From Myxococcota bacterium (GTDB taxonomy: Bacteria; Myxococcota; JACRCW01), in contig JBFMGU010000164.1 in the NCBI GenBank assembly GCA_040752415.1, forward strand, positions 1 to 24,377: a DNA stretch of 24,377 bases, read 5' to 3'. The notes under the pieces were generated by a model that worked only from the letters and a program-made list of their open reading frames with translations, did not search any database and was not told where the DNA came from. Within the stretch, counting starts at the first letter, position 1; each line of letters opens with the position of its first letter. The translations under genes were made by a program, and so were the position numbers. Of this stretch, positions 19,338 to 24,377 are shown in pieces.

Positions 19338-20795
19338 ATGAAGAAGCGCAACGTCCTCATGGTGGACGACGACACCTTGCTCACCCGCGCGGTGGTGGAT
19401 CACCTCTCGTCGGGAGAAACCGACGTTCTCACCGCGCACAGCGCGTCGGACGCCATGCGCATCTGCGCGGAGCGGGCGGTCGATGTTGTCATCCTTGATC
19501 AGCGGCTCCCTGACGGGCCGGGCCACGCGTTATGCCAGCCCATCCTGCAGATGCAGCCCACGGCCAAGATCATCTTCATCACGGCGTTCCCGTCATTCGA
19601 CAACGCGGTGAAGGCGCTCAAGGCCGGCGCCCACGACTACCTGAGCAAGCCCTTTGACCTCGGTGAGCTCCACCACGCGGTCAGTCGCTGTCTCAAGGTG
19701 CTTGAGCTGGAAAAGGTGGAGCGCGTCCACGCATACCGGACCACGCGCGACGGGCAGGAGGTGAGCCTGATTGCCGGACCGGGGATGGACGCCGTGCGCG
19801 CGATGATCGATGTGGCGGCGCGGGTTGACGCTCCCGTCCTTGTCACCGGGGAGACGGGCACCGGCAAGAACCTTGTTGCCAAGGCGATCCACCACGGCGG
19901 GGCGCGCCGGAGTCGCCCGTTCATCAGCCTGAACCTGGCGTCCGTGCCCGAGAACCTCATTGAGGCGGAGCTCTTTGGTTGGGAGCGGGGTGCGTTTACC
20001 GGCGCGGACCGGGGCCGCGACGGCCTCGTCGAGATGGCCGAGGGCGGGACGCTGTTCCTCGACGAGGTGGGCGAGATGCCCCTCCACCTGCAGGCCAAGC
20101 TGCTCACGGTCCTGGAGGAGAAGGAGATCCGCCGGCTGGGAGGAAGGAGCACCCGCGTGGCCGACGTGCGCATCCTGGCGGCGACCAAGGCGGACCTCGA
20201 CGAGCTCGTCAAGGCACGGCGCTTCCGCAGCGACCTCTACTACCGCCTCAACGTCATCCGCGTGCATCTCCCTCCGCTCAGGGAACGAACCTCGGACCTG
20301 CCGCGCCTGTGCATCCACCTTCTTGAGCGGATGACCGGCCCGGGACGCGCACCCCAGCTTGCGCCGGGGGAGCTCGAGGTGCTCATGGCCTACCCGTGGC
20401 CGGGCAACGTGCGGGAGCTGCGCAACGTGCTGGAGCGCTCCCATCTCCTGCACCACGCGCCACTCCGCCCCTCGGAGCTTCTCGCAACCGAGCCACGCGC
20501 GCCTGCCACGGAGCCGTTTCGCTCGGGGGTAGCGCGCGCCGCGGAACAGGACGGGAAGGCGCGCCCACCGGCAGGTCAGGAGAACGTCACGCCACTCACC
20601 AGCGAGGAGCTCTCCCTCGAGCAGGTCGAGCGCGGGCACATCGAGCGGGTATTCCACCGGCATGGCCGCAACCTCGCACGCACCGCACGAGCGCTCGCGA
20701 TCTCCCTCTCCACGCTGAAGCGCAAGGTGAAGCGGTACGGCCTGCGCGACGATACCGAGGCCTCCGGGGACGCGGTGGCGGCCGGTCCAGGATGA
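19338..20795 (+). CDS. Sigma-54-dependent NtrC-family response regulator (REC-AAA+-Fis HTH)
   Basis: VLMVDDD...ILDQRLPD...DYLSKPF; GETGTGKNLVA; ELFGWERGAFTGA; LFLDEVGEM; FRSDLYYRLNV; WPGNVRELRN; NLARTARALAISLSTLKRK. Confidence 0.96.
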   Translation: MKKRNVLMVDDDTLLTRAVVDHLSSGETDVLTAHSASDAMRICAERAVDVVILDQRLPDGPGHALCQPILQMQPTAKIIFITAFPSFDNAVKALKAGAHDYLSKPFDLGELHHAVSRCLKVLELEKVERVHAYRTTRDGQEVSLIAGPGMDAVRAMIDVAARVDAPVLVTGETGTGKNLVAKAIHHGGARRSRPFISLNLASVPENLIEAELFGWERGAFTGADRGRDGLVEMAEGGTLFLDEVGEMPLHLQAKLLTVLEEKEIRRLGGRSTRVADVRILAATKADLDELVKARRFRSDLYYRLNVIRVHLPPLRERTSDLPRLCIHLLERMTGPGRAPQLAPGELEVLMAYPWPGNVRELRNVLERSHLLHHAPLRPSELLATEPRAPATEPFRSGVARAAEQDGKARPPAGQENVTPLTSEELSLEQVERGHIERVFHRHGRNLARTARALAISLSTLKRKVKRYGLRDDTEASGDAVAAGPG

Positions 20796-20813
20796 CCGGT
20801 TCATCTTGGACCG
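20783..20813. promoter_or_regulatory. 13-bp-arm inverted repeat over the activator stop codon (enhancer site or RNA hairpin)
   Basis: CGGTCCAGGATGA-ccggt-TCATCTTGGACCG, one mismatch; ~100-125 bp upstream of the sigma-54 site. Second inverted repeat CCGTCAGTCCG-ccct-CGGGTTGACGG at 20841-20866. Confidence 0.55.
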
Positions 20814-20908
20814 ATTGAGCGGCGCCCGGGTCAGAAACGTCCGTCAGTCCGCCCTCGGGTTGACGGTACCTCGGCGTGCGCGTGGGCGGCGTGGTGCGCG
20901 CGACAACG

Positions 20909-20924
20909 TGGCCCGCCCGTTGCT
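20909..20924 (+). promoter_or_regulatory. Sigma-54 (-24/-12) promoter
   Basis: TGGCCCGCCCGTTGCT, exact GG-N10-GC with TTGCT; followed by RBS AAAGGAGG and GTG 20979. Confidence 0.7.
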
Positions 20925-20978
20925 TGGGGTGGGGACGCCGGGACCGCGGCGGGGCGCGGAAGGTGAAAGGAGGTCGCC

Positions 20979-22220
20979 GTGCCTGTGGGTGGAAAAAAGA
21001 CGGTACTCGTCGTTGATGACGAAGACCTCTTTCTGAAGACAGTTGCGGACGGCTTCTCCGCGTATGCGGACAAGGTCCATCTCTTGACCGCGTCCAACGG
21101 CAAAGTGGCTGTCGACATCCTTGGCCGAACCCGCGTCGACCTCGTTGTCACGGACCTCAAGATGCCTGAGATGGACGGATTCGGCCTGCTCGCCCACATG
21201 AGCCGCTTCCACCCTGATGTGCCGGTCATCGTGATGACCGCGTTTGGCACACCCGAGATCGAGCTGGACCTTCACGACCGCGGGATCATGCTGGTCATGG
21301 ACAAGCCGATCGACTTCCCCGCGCTCGCGACGAACGTCATGAACACCCTTGTCGTGGGAGCCGCCGGGCACCTTGCGGGGATCGCACTCCCAACGTTCCT
21401 GCAGATGGTCGAGATGGATCGCAAGACCTGCACGCTTCGCGTGCGCTCCGGGGACAATGCTGGGCTGCTCTACTTCAAGCACGGCACACTCACCGGCGCG
21501 GAAATGGGAGCGCTCGAGGGCGCCGAAGCAGCCATGGAAATCGCCGTCTGGGAGCGGCCGGAGCTGGACATTCTCTCCGGGCCCATGCCCAAGAAGAGCA
21601 ACCTGAACCTCTCCGTCAGTGAGGTCCTCCTGGAGGCTTTCCGCCTGCACGACGAGCGCGGGCGCCAGCGGCTCAGGGGCGGAAGTACGCAGGCCGAACC
21701 AGTCCCTCCCAATGCGCAACAAGACGTCGCCGCGGCATCCGCACCGGCCGCGACGACTCCCTCCGCAGGTGCCGCACGGAGCGGGGTCCTTGGCCCCTCC
21801 TCCGAGCTCAACAGAAAGGAGTCCCTCATGTCCGCCAATGAGAAGCTGAAGGAACTTGCCACCCTTGATGGATTCGCCGGTGTCGCCCTCTACACGCCCC
21901 AGGGGGAGCTGCTTGCCATGCAGAGCAGTGACGTTGCCAGCCTCGGTGACGTCGGTGTGCTCGCCAACAACGTGTTGATGAACGCCCAGAAAGCCTCCCT
22001 GGACATGGGGACGGGACGCGGCCAGCAGGTGCACGTGGAGGCCGAGAACGCCAACATCGTTGTGCGCTGCCTCAACGAGGGCACCGATCCACTTCATTCG
22101 CAACCAGGCAAGGCGCACATCCACATGGTCCTCGTGCTCAAGAAGGACGCACCCATCGGAATGGCGAAGCTGAAGGTCAACTCGACGATCCAGAAGCTCG
22201 CTGAAGACTTCCGGTTCTGA
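20979..22220 (+). CDS. Response regulator: REC - DUF4388/PATAN - Ala/Pro linker - roadblock/LC7-like domain
   Basis: VLVVDDED...VVTDLKMPEMDGF...VIVMTAFG...MDKP; DUF4388-like 'GHLAGIALPTFLQMVEMDRKTCTLRV...GLLYFKHG...EGAEAAMEIAVW...VLLEAFRLHDE'; C-terminal 'LKELATLDGFAGVALYTPQGELLA...VLVLKKDAPIGMAKL'. Confidence 0.88.
   Translation: MPVGGKKTVLVVDDEDLFLKTVADGFSAYADKVHLLTASNGKVAVDILGRTRVDLVVTDLKMPEMDGFGLLAHMSRFHPDVPVIVMTAFGTPEIELDLHDRGIMLVMDKPIDFPALATNVMNTLVVGAAGHLAGIALPTFLQMVEMDRKTCTLRVRSGDNAGLLYFKHGTLTGAEMGALEGAEAAMEIAVWERPELDILSGPMPKKSNLNLSVSEVLLEAFRLHDERGRQRLRGGSTQAEPVPPNAQQDVAAASAPAATTPSAGAARSGVLGPSSELNRKESLMSANEKLKELATLDGFAGVALYTPQGELLAMQSSDVASLGDVGVLANNVLMNAQKASLDMGTGRGQQVHVEAENANIVVRCLNEGTDPLHSQPGKAHIHMVLVLKKDAPIGMAKLKVNSTIQKLAEDFRF
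21828..22220 (+). CDS. Possible separately translated 130-aa roadblock/LC7 (MglB-like) isoform from an in-frame internal start
   Basis: AGAAAGGAG (21813-21821), 6 nt, then ATG 21828 exactly at the linker/domain boundary, same frame as 20979. Confidence 0.55.
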   Translation: MSANEKLKELATLDGFAGVALYTPQGELLAMQSSDVASLGDVGVLANNVLMNAQKASLDMGTGRGQQVHVEAENANIVVRCLNEGTDPLHSQPGKAHIHMVLVLKKDAPIGMAKLKVNSTIQKLAEDFRF

Positions 22221-22499
22221 AGACACCGGTTGGGTGCGGGGATGAGAAGATCCCACAGCGCGCTCCTGGCAGGATTTCTTGTCGCGCCGACGACAGCGGA
22301 CTGCGACAACCGCGTGAAGGTGTCGACGTCGAGGACAGCGGCGCCGCGGTGGTTGCGCTCTCTCAGGATCCTTCCGACGTGTTCTGCGTGTTGGTCAGCG
22401 TGGAGCGCTGCGTTCGAATGTGGTGCGTTTACAGTACGTGGCCGCGCGCGCAGGCGCGTTCTCAGGGTGGCGGACACGACCTCGCCGCCAGGTACACGC

Positions 22500-22528
22500 T
22501 GCCCTGGGCGTGCCCCCAGCGCAGGGCA
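22500..22528 (-). terminator. GC-rich hairpin just downstream of the minus-strand gene
   Basis: TGCCCTG...CAGGGCA arms 20 nt past the stop at 22549; no clear U-tract. Confidence 0.3.
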
Positions 22529-22548
22529 ACGTCATGGTTCCGCGCCCA

Positions 22549-24377
22549 CTACATGGAGAAGTTGTAGCTGTTGCTGGTGTGCAGCTCATAGATGGTGAGC
22601 GCAATGCTGTTCACCATCATCATGATGTGGTCGCGGTTGTCCGGGTGCCAGGCAAAGCGCTGCCGTGACCACGTCCCGGGATTCAGCGGGCCGCGTGGAG
22701 CGTGCTCAACGGGGTACCCCCCGGGCACCAGGGGGCTGAGTGAGGACAACTGCAGGAGGTTCTGCCGGTTCCCAGTGGCCAGGTCCACGGCAACAAAGTT
22801 GTCCGCGGCACCGCCGCTGGTCCACAGGAGCTGGGTGTTGTCGTCCCAGAGGAACCAGTTCTCTCCAATGGCGGTATGCCCCGTGCCAACCTGATCCTCC
22901 ACGCTGCTCACCAGCGTGCGGTATCCGGTCAGGGGGTCCACCGCGTACAGGTTCTTGCCCAGTGGCGTGTAGATGTAGAGCGTGTTGTTCACCCAGCCCA
23001 TGCCACGGATGTTCTGACTCTGGATGCTGGCTCCACCGCCAATGGTCGGATACTGGGCCTGGGCCTCCACGGTTCCGTTGATGCGCATGACAGGGGTACA
23101 GGTCGATCCATCCAGCGGAATCCGAACGATTCCGTCGCCAACCGCGGAATCGTGGAAGCTCAGATAGAAGTCACCGGTGAGCGGGTCCATGGCAAAGGAT
23201 CTTTCCGTGTACTGCACGGACAAGGCGTTCACGCGTGATGTGGTGCACTGGCCCATGGTGTGCCCCTGCCCGGCAACGTCAATGTGCCAGACCAGCGCGC
23301 GGTCCCCCGTCAGCGGGTCAATGCGGACGATCTCCACGTTGTCCTGCGTGTCGGAGGCGTAGGTGTACCAGGCGCCGTCTGGACCGGGCTGCACGTCCCA
23401 GAGATACGGCAGCGTCGCCGTGTGGCGCAGCACGCCGCCAACAGTGACGTTGGATTCATAACCCGCGCCGTGGGTCTGGTAGCCGGTGGGGGTGTCCAGG
23501 GTGCCGGAGACCACCCGCCGGGCCCCGGTGTCGATGTTGATGGCCCAAATCACGCCTACCGACTGCGTGTAGTTGTCGTCCTTCCAGTTCATGGCCACAA
23601 CGAGCTCGCGGTTGGCCTCGTCGAGGAAGCCGCCTCCGACCTCGCGGCCCACGCTGTTGACCTGCGCAGGCCGCGGACCACTGCCCCACCCATGGCCGTC
23701 GGCGAACGACTCACCGGGCGCCCAGCAGATGGGCAGGCCCCCGGTCAGTGCCTCGTTGCAGCGGCAGTCCACCGGGAGATCCGTGCGGTTGTTCTCAAAC
23801 TGCTCCGTGGTGCAATTGCGGTGGTAATACTCGGAGCTCTCCACCGTGGTGCTGCTGATGAAGCGCAGGTTGAGCGCACGCGCCATGGGCTGACCGTCGC
23901 GGTCCAGCAGCAGCGCGTCCGTGGCGGGATCCCAGGCGCCACGCACACCGTCGTCACCGTAGACCGCGAGGTGCAGCAACTGGTTGGGCTGCCAGTGGGC
24001 GCCCGTGTTGTTCTGGGGATCAAGCCTCAGCAGGATGCGGTTCTGGCTGAGCTGGCTGACCCGCTCATGCAACAGTTCAGCGCCCGGCGCGCCGTTGTCA
24101 TCCGCGTAGACCACCACCCAGGACTGGCGGGTTGTGTACACGCGGGCGATCTCCGCAGTGTCGCGCCGCTGCGTCACCCACTCTCCGTCGTCAAAAGTCC
24201 AGAAGTGCCCGGTTGGAGGCACCACCGGACCAGCATCCGCCTCCGCGCCGGCGTCGCCCGTACCGGAGTCCGCGCTTCCCGCGTCGCTGCTGCCGGCATC
24301 CGCCTCCTGGCCTGCGTCGCTGCCGCCGGCATCCGCCTCCTGGCCTGCGTCGCTGCTGCCGGCATCCGCCTCCTGGC
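22549..24377 (-). CDS. Hypothetical secreted protein, 5' end outside the window; DAG-repeat linker then a probable beta-propeller body
   Basis: The frame stays open from the track start 24225 to the window edge (QEADAGSSDAG x3...AEADAGPVVPPTG). Repeated blades 'INIDTGARRVVS / IDPLTGDRALVW / VDPLTGYRTLVS / VDLATGNRQNL'. Confidence 0.85.
   Translation of the reverse strand, partial: QEADAGSSDAGQEADAGGSDAGQEADAGSSDAGSADSGTGDAGAEADAGPVVPPTGHFWTFDDGEWVTQRRDTAEIARVYTTRQSWVVVYADDNGAPGAELLHERVSQLSQNRILLRLDPQNNTGAHWQPNQLLHLAVYGDDGVRGAWDPATDALLLDRDGQPMARALNLRFISSTTVESSEYYHRNCTTEQFENNRTDLPVDCRCNEALTGGLPICWAPGESFADGHGWGSGPRPAQVNSVGREVGGGFLDEANRELVVAMNWKDDNYTQSVGVIWAINIDTGARRVVSGTLDTPTGYQTHGAGYESNVTVGGVLRHTATLPYLWDVQPGPDGAWYTYASDTQDNVEIVRIDPLTGDRALVWHIDVAGQGHTMGQCTTSRVNALSVQYTERSFAMDPLTGDFYLSFHDSAVGDGIVRIPLDGSTCTPVMRINGTVEAQAQYPTIGGGASIQSQNIRGMGWVNNTLYIYTPLGKNLYAVDPLTGYRTLVSSVEDQVGTGHTAIGENWFLWDDNTQLLWTSGGAADNFVAVDLATGNRQNLLQLSSLSPLVPGGYPVEHAPRGPLNPGTWSRQRFAWHPDNRDHIMMMVNSIALTIYELHTSNSYNFSM
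24277..24377 (-). repeat. 33-bp coding tandem repeat, at least 3 copies (QEADAG[S/G]SDAG)
   Basis: caggaggcggatgccggc(a/g)gcagcgacgc(a/g)gg repeated head to tail to the window edge, no spacers. Confidence 0.9.

Noticed and set aside
12483..22256. Long ORFs 12483..15257 (+), 15870..18371 (-), 19593..20804 (-), 20844..22256 (-)
   Set aside because: Antisense shadows of napA, nrfC/nrfD, the activator and the REC gene.
22094..22604. Small ORFs in the convergent gap (22230..22598, 22349..22567, 22094..22477)
   Set aside because: Overlap neighbouring genes, lack a clear RBS, codon bias or motifs.
24277..24377. 33-bp repeat as a CRISPR array
   Set aside because: Head-to-tail with no unique spacers, in-frame coding, no cas genes.

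Overview
High-GC bacterial window. The Cys-rich and Ser-rich lipoproteins, DAG-type linker repeats and sigma-54 wiring suggest Myxococcota (inference). It has four blocks. (1) <1-2683 (-): PAS-GAF-PAS-PAS hybrid histidine kinase, cut by the window edge and missing from the ORF track. (2) 2833-10650: three large predicted surface lipoproteins, namely a duplicated lamin-tail+PKD protein, a protein with two tandem lysyl-oxidase domains (one lacking the catalytic residues, one intact), and an Ig/Cys-repeat/beta-propeller protein. (3) 10744-18161: a divergent periplasmic nitrate-reductase locus. Leftward: napD, napA, a tetraheme 'double NapB', a NapF/G-like ferredoxin and a small ORF. Rightward: a tetraheme c lipoprotein, an NrfC/DsrO-like Fe-S protein and an NrfD/DsrP-like membrane protein. 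No napC or napH is present in the window, and both arms have sigma-54-type promoters around a shared dyad. (4) 18222-22220: a soluble kinase with an N-terminal 4-Cys cluster, an NtrC-type activator, a sigma-54 promoter, and a REC-DUF4388-roadblock-like gene with a strong in-frame internal RBS. A partial secreted protein on the minus strand with a 33-bp tandem repeat closes the window. No rRNA, tRNA, CRISPR array or mobile element was recognised. All domain calls are from motifs read by eye, not database searches.
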